A stretch of DNA of 32,000 bases from Planctopirus limnophila DSM 3776 (GTDB lineage: Bacteria; Planctomycetota; Planctomycetia; Planctomycetales; Planctomycetaceae). The DNA is taken from the NCBI RefSeq assembly GCF_000092105.1, contig NC_014148.1:2550001-2582000 (forward strand), in the 5' to 3' direction. Shown here piece after piece: positions 9,484 to 18,714 of this stretch. The notes beneath the pieces were generated by a model that had not been told where the DNA came from, did no database searches, and saw only the letters and a program-made list of their open reading frames with translations. A program made the position numbers and the translations under genes. Position 1 is the stretch's first letter. Every line of letters begins with the position of its first letter.

Positions 9484-10032
9484 ATGAACCCCTTTGGCGA
9501 ATTCTGGCTGATCACACTTTGTCTGGCGATCGCGACATTAATCTGCCTGATTGTCTGGACTCGACATCGGGGAAAAATCGCCTTTTCGCTGGCTTTAATT
9601 TTTGGTGTGCTGACAGTCGTCGTTCTGGCCATTGATTTGTCGATCACCACAGAAAGTGAAGTCGTTGCCGGAAGACTTACCCAGCTAACGAGCCTCTTTG
9701 AAGCCAAAAGTCCGGAAACTCTCGGGATGATCTCAGCCCAATCGCCCGATCTTCGAGAACTGGTGAATGCCGGGATGAAGATTGCGACAGTACGCGATCT
9801 TCGAATCTCGGATCTCACCACCCGCTTCACGACCGATGGGAGCCGGGCCATGGTCGAGTTCCGCATTTCGGGAGACATGGATCTGGTTGGCTTCGGGAAT
9901 GTGGGTCGTCAACCGGCTAAGTTTGACACAGTCTGGGTGAAAGAGGAGGGGCTCTGGAAACTTTTGAGAGTCGTTCGCAAGAACCCTTTGAACGACAGCC
10001 CCATGGAAATGATGCGTCCTTCAGCCTCATAG
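9484..10032 (+). CDS. Hypothetical membrane-anchored protein (two N-terminal TM helices plus a ~120-aa soluble, possibly NTF2/SnoaL-like, domain)
   Basis: MNPFGEFWLITLCLAIATLICLIVW and FSLALIFGVLTVVVLAI are hydrophobic helices. The composition is protein-like, whereas the antisense ORF is Arg/Ser-rich. An alternative GTG start lies at 9445. Confidence 0.6.
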   Translation: MNPFGEFWLITLCLAIATLICLIVWTRHRGKIAFSLALIFGVLTVVVLAIDLSITTESEVVAGRLTQLTSLFEAKSPETLGMISAQSPDLRELVNAGMKIATVRDLRISDLTTRFTTDGSRAMVEFRISGDMDLVGFGNVGRQPAKFDTVWVKEEGLWKLLRVVRKNPLNDSPMEMMRPSAS

Positions 10033-10200
10033 TCATTCGATGAACAACCACCATCGTAATGTTACGTTGAGCGATCCAGAGGCGATTGATCTTGGCGGGC
10101 CGAATTCAAAAAGGTACTTTTGAGAAGATCGAGTAACGGGGCCTTGAGCAGGTGTGGCTGTTCTCACACGTCCGAAGGTTTGGCAGGGAGGCTGAACATC

Positions 10201-11106
10201 ATGCAGGAGATACTTATTGTCGGTTCTGAGACAATGGTCGGTCATAACTGGCTCAAAGGATCAAAGATTCATGATCCTGAGGGATCGCATGAAGTCTCAG
10301 TGGTGGGCCTGCCATTAAATGCTCCTGCCAGCCGCCTGCAGGAAATCATCCGTGAGAGCAATTCGCGAAATCCCGGGACAAGCATCGTTCGGCGTGTCGT
10401 GCATTGCGGTGGTGCAGGAGAAAATGGCTGGGCGATTGGCACCAGCACGCCGTTCATCAGCACACAGCATGTCAGTGACTGGGCCAGAGCCTGCCATGAA
10501 TTGCATCTGCCAATGACCTTGATCTCTTCAGATGCCATCTTCACAGGCCCGTGGATGTTTCATCCAGAGAACAGTGAGTCGATTTGCCCGTCACCAGCGG
10601 CAACTCATCTGCGTGAATTGGAAGCCGCCGTCCTCGACGCATCAGCTGGCCACCTGGTCGTACGCACCCATCCCTTCGGGTGGCACCATAAAAAAGGCTG
10701 GCTGGAGCAATGCCTCGGGGCTTTATCGAAGCAGTCTCCCATCGATATGGAAACTACGAGACATGCTTCGCCAATTTATGTCCGCGATCTGATCTCGATG
10801 ATTCAGCGTGCCTGGGCTGGCGGACTGAGTGGGATTTACCATATTTCCGGAGCCGAGCGGATCAGTTGTGCCCAGTTTGTCCATCGGTTGGCACATGTCT
10901 TCCAACTGGAAGCGCAACGCATGCGGCCCCTTCATCCCCTGGAAGTTCGGGTATCGCGATTTGCAGCTGGCGAGACTTCCCTGCAGACGCGAAAAATTCG
11001 TCGGGCTCTGGGAATCTCCATGCCAATGTTCATGGACAGCCTCTATGCCCTTCGTAAGGAAGCAGAAGCTCAGAATTTCCTGAATCAGGAGATGATTGCC
11101 GCCTGA
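10201..11106 (+). CDS. RmlD-like (dTDP-4-dehydrorhamnose reductase fold) SDR-family protein with degenerate cofactor and catalytic motifs
   Basis: It aligns by eye to E. coli RfbD: ILIVGSETMVG vs LLFGKTGQVG, ISSDAIFTG vs YSTDYVFPG, YHISGAERISCAQF vs YHLVAGGTTTWHDY. Strong SD GGGAGG lies 9 nt upstream of ATG 10201. Confidence 0.75.
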   Translation: MQEILIVGSETMVGHNWLKGSKIHDPEGSHEVSVVGLPLNAPASRLQEIIRESNSRNPGTSIVRRVVHCGGAGENGWAIGTSTPFISTQHVSDWARACHELHLPMTLISSDAIFTGPWMFHPENSESICPSPAATHLRELEAAVLDASAGHLVVRTHPFGWHHKKGWLEQCLGALSKQSPIDMETTRHASPIYVRDLISMIQRAWAGGLSGIYHISGAERISCAQFVHRLAHVFQLEAQRMRPLHPLEVRVSRFAAGETSLQTRKIRRALGISMPMFMDSLYALRKEAEAQNFLNQEMIAA

Positions 11107-11272
11107 AAACCAGAGACATGTGTCAATCACCTGTTGCGGAATGACCTGTAGGGAAAACGGCGACTTTTCACGGTGATCCCGCTGAGAACCCGTCAAAATC
11201 ACCTCAGCTAAAACTGCCCTCTTTCCATCCCCACCGGTGACCAGTAAGCTGCATGGGTGGGAGGTACATCCA

Positions 11273-11833
11273 GTGCAGTATTACAAGCGTTACCGCATGG
11301 AATTGGATCTGGTTCAGCAGCCAATTGAATCACCGGTATTGCCAGAGAATTATCTATGGCTGCCGTGGCAGGCTGATCGACTTGAAGTCCATGCCAGTGT
11401 GAAGTCGCAATCTTTTCGACATGAAGTCGACTCTCACGTTTTTCCTTGTCTGGCGGATTATTACGGCTGCCTGCGACTGATGCAGGAGATCGCTCTTCAA
11501 CGAACTTTCTGCCCCCAGGCGACGTGGCTGGTCGGTTGTCAATCGGCCGATCATGGGATTATCGAATGCGGCACGATTCAGGGAATCTGCCCGTCCGATT
11601 ATCTGGGTTCGATTCAGAATGTGGGAGTGATTCCCGGACATCGCCGCTTGGGGATTGGCAAGGCTCTGGTACTCAAGAGTATTGAAGGCTTTCGCGCAGC
11701 TGGGCGTAAACGCGCGACTCTGGAAGTGACTGCCACCAATTTCTCTGCTGTCGAACTTTATCGTTCTCTGGGCTTTTGTATTACTCGCACCATGTATCGG
11801 GAAGCGGTCGACGACTCTCTCTTAAGCACCTGA
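11273..11833 (+). CDS. GNAT family N-acetyltransferase
   Basis: Acetyl-CoA motif A is IQNVGVIPGHRRLGIGKALV, followed by ATLEVTATNFSAVELYRSLGF. GTG 11273 has GGGAGG 8 nt upstream. The longest ORF starts at GTG 11237 and the first ATG is at 11297. Confidence 0.85.
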   Translation: MQYYKRYRMELDLVQQPIESPVLPENYLWLPWQADRLEVHASVKSQSFRHEVDSHVFPCLADYYGCLRLMQEIALQRTFCPQATWLVGCQSADHGIIECGTIQGICPSDYLGSIQNVGVIPGHRRLGIGKALVLKSIEGFRAAGRKRATLEVTATNFSAVELYRSLGFCITRTMYREAVDDSLLST

Positions 11834-11850
11834 CGATCGATCTTTGTGCG

Positions 11851-12927
11851 TCAGGAAAGTGCTTCCCGATATTGAGCAGCGGCGACTTCCGGGGGAACAG
11901 CGTTGATGAATGCGCCAGTTCCCCATTCAAAGCCCGCAATTCCTCCCATACGCGGCAAAATCTCGAGCCGCCAGTGAAAAGCTGACAGCTCTTGTTCACG
12001 AAGTGGGGCCGTATGAATCACCAGATTGTAATCCGGATCATGGGCCACTGTTTCTAACGCGGTTAATAATCGTTTGAGCAGGCTGGCAAGTTCCTCGCAG
12101 TCATCGTCGGTGATGGAACTGAAATGTGCTTGCGCCTTTAGTGGCAGAATACGAAGTTCAAACGGAAAGCGGCTGGCGTAAGGCGCCACCACCAAAAATC
12201 GAGAGGTCTTTTGAACCACGCGTCGCTTGAGCAACTGTTCCTGCTCGATCAATTCGCTCCATAAGGAGACTCGACGTGTCTCATAATCGACTCGGCAGGC
12301 GTTGAATTCGTGGAGCATTCGAGGTGGGACGAAAGGCAGTGCCATCATCTGCGAATGGCTGTGAGGAAGCGATGCCCCCGCGAGTCGTCCATGATTCTTG
12401 AAGATCAACCCGTACTGCCAGTGGTGCCCGTCCTGCATGTAAGCCCGCAATCGATCTCTCCAGAGACTGATCACCAGACCGATTTGATCTATCGAGAGCC
12501 TGCTCAAATGCGTTTCATCATGAGGACATTCGACAACCACGTCGTGCAGGCCAATCCCGGCGAGTGGAGCTTGCCTCGCTAGATCTAGATAGTTGTTAGA
12601 CCCCACCGTCGATAACAGTTCGTCCCCCTGAGAAATTTGATTCCCAAACTCCTGCAACGGGAAAACAGCGGGATAACGATTGGAGATACAGCGAACGAGC
12701 CACCCTGGTGTATTGGGAAGACTCCCCCCCGTACGGATCGCCAGCGACTCAGACTCTGTCAGTTGCTCATTTCCTTCCAGAAATGGATCTGTTGAGTCGC
12801 TTGATGGCTTTGAATGGCGACTGATCGGAGCCGAAACCGCTTGAAGATGAACTGGTCGCTCACTGCGAACGGGCGATATCAGAACCACATCGTTCGTTAT
12901 GGGATCGACTCGAAGTTCACTTTTCAT
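11851..12927 (-). CDS. galT: GalT-family (HIT superfamily) hexose-1-phosphate nucleotidyltransferase, ADP-glucose phosphorylase-like
   Basis: ELRVDPITNDVVLISPVRSERP is the family N-terminus. The active-site HxHxQ motif is present as SLPHSHSQMMALPFVPP, and the C-terminus reads HWRLEILPR...GFEWGTG. The overall pattern matches the plant/bacterial ADP-glucose phosphorylase branch as I remember it. Confidence 0.85.
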   Translation of the reverse strand: MKSELRVDPITNDVVLISPVRSERPVHLQAVSAPISRHSKPSSDSTDPFLEGNEQLTESESLAIRTGGSLPNTPGWLVRCISNRYPAVFPLQEFGNQISQGDELLSTVGSNNYLDLARQAPLAGIGLHDVVVECPHDETHLSRLSIDQIGLVISLWRDRLRAYMQDGHHWQYGLIFKNHGRLAGASLPHSHSQMMALPFVPPRMLHEFNACRVDYETRRVSLWSELIEQEQLLKRRVVQKTSRFLVVAPYASRFPFELRILPLKAQAHFSSITDDDCEELASLLKRLLTALETVAHDPDYNLVIHTAPLREQELSAFHWRLEILPRMGGIAGFEWGTGAFINAVPPEVAAAQYREALS

Positions 12928-12989
12928 ACCTCCGCACCAGCCGCCGTTTCTAATTGAACTATGCCATTCTGATGATCGAGATTCAGTTC

Positions 12990-15900
12990 TTACGGATGTG
13001 CCGCACCATGGGCCGAACTTGAGCCGTGAGCAGCGGCATCAACATCCCGCTTCAGACTTGCCAGGTAAGCGACAAGGTCTCTTAAATCTCGGCGGGAAAT
13101 CTTGCCCGCAAGATCTTCGGGCATGCCGGATTTACCCACTGAGCGTTCTTCGATTTCCGCCACATTGACCGTGATGGGTTGCCCTTCAGCGGGCTGCAGA
13201 ATCAGTTTTCCATTACTCTCAGACTTGATAATTCCCACCAGCACACGGCCATCTTCCATACCGAGAATGGCTGTTTCAAAGCCCTTGGCAATCACTCGAT
13301 TGGGATCGACAATTGCTTCGAGCAGATACTCTGACGATTTTTCGGCACCAATTTTTGTCAGGACAGGCCCCACTTCGCCACCTTGAGAACCGACTTTGTG
13401 GCAACGCTGGCAACTCACTTCACTGCGATTGAAGAAAATATCTCGACCACGTTCGATATCACCACCAGCCACAAGTTCACGATGTTTCGAGAGATGATCA
13501 TTGGCGTCTCGTGAAGATTCAAAACTGGCGAGTGCCTTTTTCGAGACTTCCGATTTTTTCTTCTGAGCAGCTTCAATTAAGTCCAGCCAGACTTCCGGAG
13601 GTGCTGACCGATCTGCCAGTCGAAGGAACCAGGCGTCCAGCGTTTTCTGTGCTTGTTCATCCGACAGACTGGCCAACGTGGCGATCCCCTGTTGCACCTC
13701 GACGGAGGGGGATTGGGGCGTCAATGTTTCCAGGTATTTCAAAGATCGAGCACCATCCAGTTTGACAAGGACGGCAGCAGCACCGGCTCGAACCTCCGGG
13801 TTCGCATCATCAATCAGCTTCGAGGCGATTTCTGTCAGCTGAGAATCTTTCAATGATTTCAAAGCGGATAGTGCTGCCAATCGTTCGGAACTTTCGGCTT
13901 TCACCGAGAGAGCCGCTTCTCGCAGAATGGGCTGAACTTCCTCGATGCCATACTTGGCGGCGAGCTTGGTGGCTGCTTCTCGAACTTTGGTCGGGCTGGC
14001 AAGCATCGACGTCAGAAGTGGTCTGATGGCGTCAGCAATCTCCACATTTCGTGTGGCCAGTGGGCGATAATCACCCAAGACACGATCAAGCACAGCAGGG
14101 CTATTCCAGTTGAGGAGCTCTTCAATCGCTTCGATCCGCAATGAGTCTGACACCGAAGAATTCGCTGCAACCTGTGCCACCCGTAAGGCTGATTCAACGT
14201 TGCCGATACGATAGCTCGCATTCAGAATCCGGCGGGCAAGCGCGTCAGAAGTTGTTCCAGCGATGGGCAGAGCCGCCAGTTTTTCCAGATGAGTCGTCGT
14301 CGGGAGGTCATGGATGGCTCTGGCCGCTTCGAGCACGATGAGGGGGTCGGCATCGGAGAGGGCCATACCTAAATCGGCAGATTCCATACGCCTTAATGCC
14401 ACCACGGCAGCCAGGCGGACGGCAGGGGAGGGATTCTTCAAAAGTGCCGCAATCTGCTGGGAATCACCCACACCTGTCAGACCCACAACCAGAGCGTGTC
14501 GCAAAAACGGATCTGTGTTGTTGCTTAATGTCAGAGCTTCAACCAAGGCTTTTTCCTGACCGTGCCCTTTCAACTGGCCCAGGGCAATCGCTGCCTGCGC
14601 CTGGACATGAGCATCGGCATCTTTCAGCAGCTTTCCCAACTGGGCAGCAGCAGGTTGATAGCGAAGATCACCTAAAGCGACGCAAGTGGCTTCGCGAACT
14701 TCGGCTGAAGGATCCGCCAGGAGCGGGAGAAGCAGTTCTGCAGTCGGAAGTTTTTGTCGCGCCAGTTGCCCCAGGCCCCAGATGGCATGCAGTCTGGCAA
14801 AAGTGGACGAGCTCTTTGTCGCCTGTTGAGCCAGCACTTGGGTGGCTTGCCTGGAAACCAGGGCAAACTGTGCTCGCTGCCGCACGCGATAATCAGCGTG
14901 AGACAACAGCTTTGTCAGATCCTCGATCGATCGATCTGTAAAACCTTCGCGGAAGAGTTTTGCGACTTCACTACCGGAGGTGTTTGCAGCATCGGCAAAT
15001 CGATAAACGCGGCCTTTACCGAGGCCTTCCCAACCGTTGACCCAGTCGGTGACGTAGAGATTGCTGTCGTATCCGAAATCGACATCAGTCGCGAGAATGC
15101 CCCAGATGAACATTTCTGATTCGGCAATCTCAAATCCAGCCCCCTTGGGCTTATTCACCAGTGCGCGGATCCCGCTGATAGCAGGTGTCCCGCGAAAATC
15201 GGCTAGAAAAAACCAGTCGTCATACTTGGCGGGCAGGCCGGTTCCCGGATTATGAGTCAGACCTGATGGCCCATCGGAAAAGTTCAAAATGGGTGGAACA
15301 ATGTAGGCAGCCTGTTCCGGATGAGCCGGATGCCAGAGCTTCTCACGATTCCAGGGACCACGATCGTTGAGATATTGGTAGTTCATGCGCCAGCCGGTAT
15401 CGCTCTGACGCATGACGTATGTCCAACGGGCTTTGTCGCCACCATCTGAGTTGTTGTCACCAGTGAAAAGGCGTCCGCGATTATCAAACGCCAGTTCCTG
15501 AGGATTGCGTAATCCGGTGGCGAAGACTTCAAGGTTGCTGCCGTCGGGTTCGCATCGAAAAACAGCCCCACGGTCGGGATTAACGAGCTTGCCTTCAGGA
15601 GTTGTGATGTTGTAGCCGCGGTCACCAATGCTGAAATAGAGCCTGCCATCGGGACCAATGGCTAAGCCGTGGGAATCGTGCCCACGAAAAGCGAACCTTA
15701 CCCCATAGCCTTCGCTGAGCACTTTTTTCTGATCAGCTACGCCATCGCCGTTGGTATCGGTGAGCATCCAGAGTTTGGGGATGCAGGTGTAATAGACGTT
15801 TCCATTCCATGCGAGTATGCCCGCACCTGTCCCGTCTGCGATATCGTTGAACCCATCAGCAAAGACAGTGGCGGTTTCGTAGACCCCATCACCATCGCGA

Positions 15901-16322
15901 TCTTCGAGTTTTCGAATGCGATCGTGTTCTTTGGTGTAGCGCTTGTCAGCATCGGGAATGTGCTTTCGCATGTAGGCCACGCGGTCGGCGACAGTCTGTG
16001 CAGAAAGGTCATCCTGCAACCAGTTCATATGGCTGCGATTGTCTTCTACACCTTTGCTCTGCCGGAATGTCTCAGCCACATAGAGATTTCCCTGTTCGTC
16101 GAAACAGAAAGCGACAGGGTTGGCAATTTCCGGCTCTGAAGCAGCCAGCTTGACCTCAACGCCTTTGGGGAATTTGAATCGAGATTTCGCCAGTTCCGCT
16201 TCATCTGACTTTTCACTGATCGGTGGCGAATAGGTCTCCTGCCCAAAAGATTCCGGAATCAAAGGTAACGCTGCGGCAAAAACCCAAGCCAGCATGGCGA
16301 CTCGAAAACTCAATCGATCCAT
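12990..16322 (-). CDS. Exported PVC-type putative membrane-bound dehydrogenase domain / HEAT-repeat / c-type heme-binding protein
   Basis: Signal peptide MDRLSFRVAMLAWVFAAALPLIPESFGQ. The N-terminal propeller-like region contains IANPVAFCFDEQGNLYVAE, GHDSHGLAIGPDGRLYFSIGDRG and GLRNPQELAFD. The central region has HEAT-like repeats (DPSAEVREATCVALG, NPSPAVRLAAVVAL, DANPEVRAGAAAVL). The C-terminus has a CxxCH heme site (SCQRCH). Start trimmed from 16403 to ATG 16322. Confidence 0.9.
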   Translation of the reverse strand: MDRLSFRVAMLAWVFAAALPLIPESFGQETYSPPISEKSDEAELAKSRFKFPKGVEVKLAASEPEIANPVAFCFDEQGNLYVAETFRQSKGVEDNRSHMNWLQDDLSAQTVADRVAYMRKHIPDADKRYTKEHDRIRKLEDRDGDGVYETATVFADGFNDIADGTGAGILAWNGNVYYTCIPKLWMLTDTNGDGVADQKKVLSEGYGVRFAFRGHDSHGLAIGPDGRLYFSIGDRGYNITTPEGKLVNPDRGAVFRCEPDGSNLEVFATGLRNPQELAFDNRGRLFTGDNNSDGGDKARWTYVMRQSDTGWRMNYQYLNDRGPWNREKLWHPAHPEQAAYIVPPILNFSDGPSGLTHNPGTGLPAKYDDWFFLADFRGTPAISGIRALVNKPKGAGFEIAESEMFIWGILATDVDFGYDSNLYVTDWVNGWEGLGKGRVYRFADAANTSGSEVAKLFREGFTDRSIEDLTKLLSHADYRVRQRAQFALVSRQATQVLAQQATKSSSTFARLHAIWGLGQLARQKLPTAELLLPLLADPSAEVREATCVALGDLRYQPAAAQLGKLLKDADAHVQAQAAIALGQLKGHGQEKALVEALTLSNNTDPFLRHALVVGLTGVGDSQQIAALLKNPSPAVRLAAVVALRRMESADLGMALSDADPLIVLEAARAIHDLPTTTHLEKLAALPIAGTTSDALARRILNASYRIGNVESALRVAQVAANSSVSDSLRIEAIEELLNWNSPAVLDRVLGDYRPLATRNVEIADAIRPLLTSMLASPTKVREAATKLAAKYGIEEVQPILREAALSVKAESSERLAALSALKSLKDSQLTEIASKLIDDANPEVRAGAAAVLVKLDGARSLKYLETLTPQSPSVEVQQGIATLASLSDEQAQKTLDAWFLRLADRSAPPEVWLDLIEAAQKKKSEVSKKALASFESSRDANDHLSKHRELVAGGDIERGRDIFFNRSEVSCQRCHKVGSQGGEVGPVLTKIGAEKSSEYLLEAIVDPNRVIAKGFETAILGMEDGRVLVGIIKSESNGKLILQPAEGQPITVNVAEIEERSVGKSGMPEDLAGKISRRDLRDLVAYLASLKRDVDAAAHGSSSAHGAAHP

Positions 16323-16403
16323 ATCGCAGATTCTCATCAAAAAATGCTCATTATCGAGAAAACACATGTGAATCAGTCTAATGTCAGTTGATCGAAAAGA
16401 CAC

Positions 16404-16717
16404 ACCAATCTCATCTCAACCGAGGCGTTGCATTTCGCAACAACACATGGGTGTGTATTTTTTTGAAACACCCATCAGCATACGTCGATTGTTCGAAAAC
16501 TGGACTTCATGGAAGAAACCCGTCCAGGTTGATGGAGTTCAGTTCTTCCAGATCACCTGACGAGCAAAACACAAAACATCGTAAGTCTTTTAATTCAATA
16601 ATATTAAAGAAAAACGCAAGCGACTTAAATCATCATCCCAGCGAAATTGGCACATTGAATGCTCAGGAATCGTTCCAGATTCAGCAAACTTACTTGAGTT
16701 CGAGAAGGGATGATCGA
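16404..16717 (+). promoter_or_regulatory. AT-rich promoter/leader region of csrA with GGA motifs, one overlapping the SD
   Basis: ~314 nt with no convincing coding sequence. GGA triplets occur at 16502, 16511, 16534, 16666 (CAGGAAU, inside a TGAAT...ATTCA stem-loop) and 16708 (AAGGGAUGA, 7 nt before the ATG). Confidence 0.4.
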
Positions 16718-17149
16718 ATGCTTGTTCTCACCCGCAAGACCAATGAAACCATCCAACTGGGTGGCTCCCAAATTACAATCACCGTTGTGAACGTCGGCGG
16801 CGGGCGAGTGAGACTGGGAATTCAGGCACCATCTGAAGTACGGATTGAGCGGCTGGAAAAAACTTCCAATCGTCAGCTCTCCGAGGTCACTTGTAAGTAG
16901 ATCCTTCACAACGCCGCGGACCCAGTGAACTCCACTGCGGTCATGAATGGTTGTGAGATGTGGAGCAAAGAAATTTTGCCACAGTAAAGTTTCTTTCACT
17001 GATCGAGCGTCCGCGAAGTACCCACAGTATTTGATAATTCTGGCCGCTGAAGAGTTGCCCCGCACCAGCCAGCCTTTGGGAATTTTTCCCTCAAGGCTTG
17101 CTGAGCGTCGTTGAGTCATGGAGAAATACAGCGCCGCATCTCTGGCCAT
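16625..17149 (-). CDS. Doubtful hypothetical ORF, antisense to and fully overlapping csrA
   Basis: Open for 204 codons from TTG 17239; the first ATG is at 17149. The 250-nt part outside csrA is protein-like in composition (MARDAALYFSMTQRRSASLEGKIPKGWLVRGNSSAARIIKYCGYF...) but matches no family I recognise, and GC3 is not discriminating. The remainder is the mirror frame of csrA and its leader. Confidence 0.2.
   Translation of the reverse strand: MARDAALYFSMTQRRSASLEGKIPKGWLVRGNSSAARIIKYCGYFADARSVKETLLWQNFFAPHLTTIHDRSGVHWVRGVVKDLLTSDLGELTIGSFFQPLNPYFRWCLNSQSHSPAADVHNGDCNLGATQLDGFIGLAGENKHSIIPSRTQVSLLNLERFLSIQCANFAGMMI
16718..16900 (+). CDS. csrA: Carbon storage regulator CsrA (RNA-binding translational regulator)
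   Basis: MLVLTRKTNETIQLGGSQITITVVNVGGGRVRLGIQAPSEVRIERLEK aligns along its whole length with E. coli CsrA ([47 protein letters not shown]), including the Arg44 equivalent. 60 aa, with SD-like AAGGGA upstream. Confidence 0.9.
   Translation: MLVLTRKTNETIQLGGSQITITVVNVGGGRVRLGIQAPSEVRIERLEKTSNRQLSEVTCK
16919..16942 (+). other. Stem-loop 19 nt downstream of the csrA stop (9 bp with one bulge, no U-tract)
   Basis: GGACC-CAGTG aactc CACTG-c-GGTC. It could be a 3' stabiliser or a partial terminator between csrA and glgC. Confidence 0.3.
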
Positions 17150-17306
17150 CGACCACAATTCGCAGGATTCACCTTCCTTAGAGATTGCGTCCCTGCGTGC
17201 GGGTCCGTATGAATAGCAGTTGATGTGTTGCCGGAGCAATTTGACCTACCGCTCCGCCGTTGTATTCACTCGCCCTTTCTGACTCGAATCAACATCTGAG
17301 GCATTC

Positions 17307-18611
<1,305 letters not shown>

Positions 18612-18714
18612 ATTTCGTCTGTTCCACAACCGGTTTTGCCCGCCACACATTGATCTGTGGCAATCAGGTATCGATTTCGAACACTGTTGATAGACACACT
18701 GGGAGGGCCGTTTC

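Noticed and set aside
9453-9878. 141-aa minus ORF; similarly 10723-11202 (159 aa) and 6312-6731 (139 aa)
   Set aside because: These are Arg/Ser-rich mirror frames of better-supported genes (TM-containing protein, RmlD-like protein, ABC permease/ATPase junction).
16388-16717. 110-codon in-frame N-terminal extension of csrA (track ORF 16388-16900, TTG start)
   Set aside because: The extension is AT-rich and compositionally non-protein-like (K/N/S/H-rich). CsrA proteins are ~60-75 aa. ATG 16718 begins the canonical MLVLTRK sequence and has an SD-like AAGGGA upstream.
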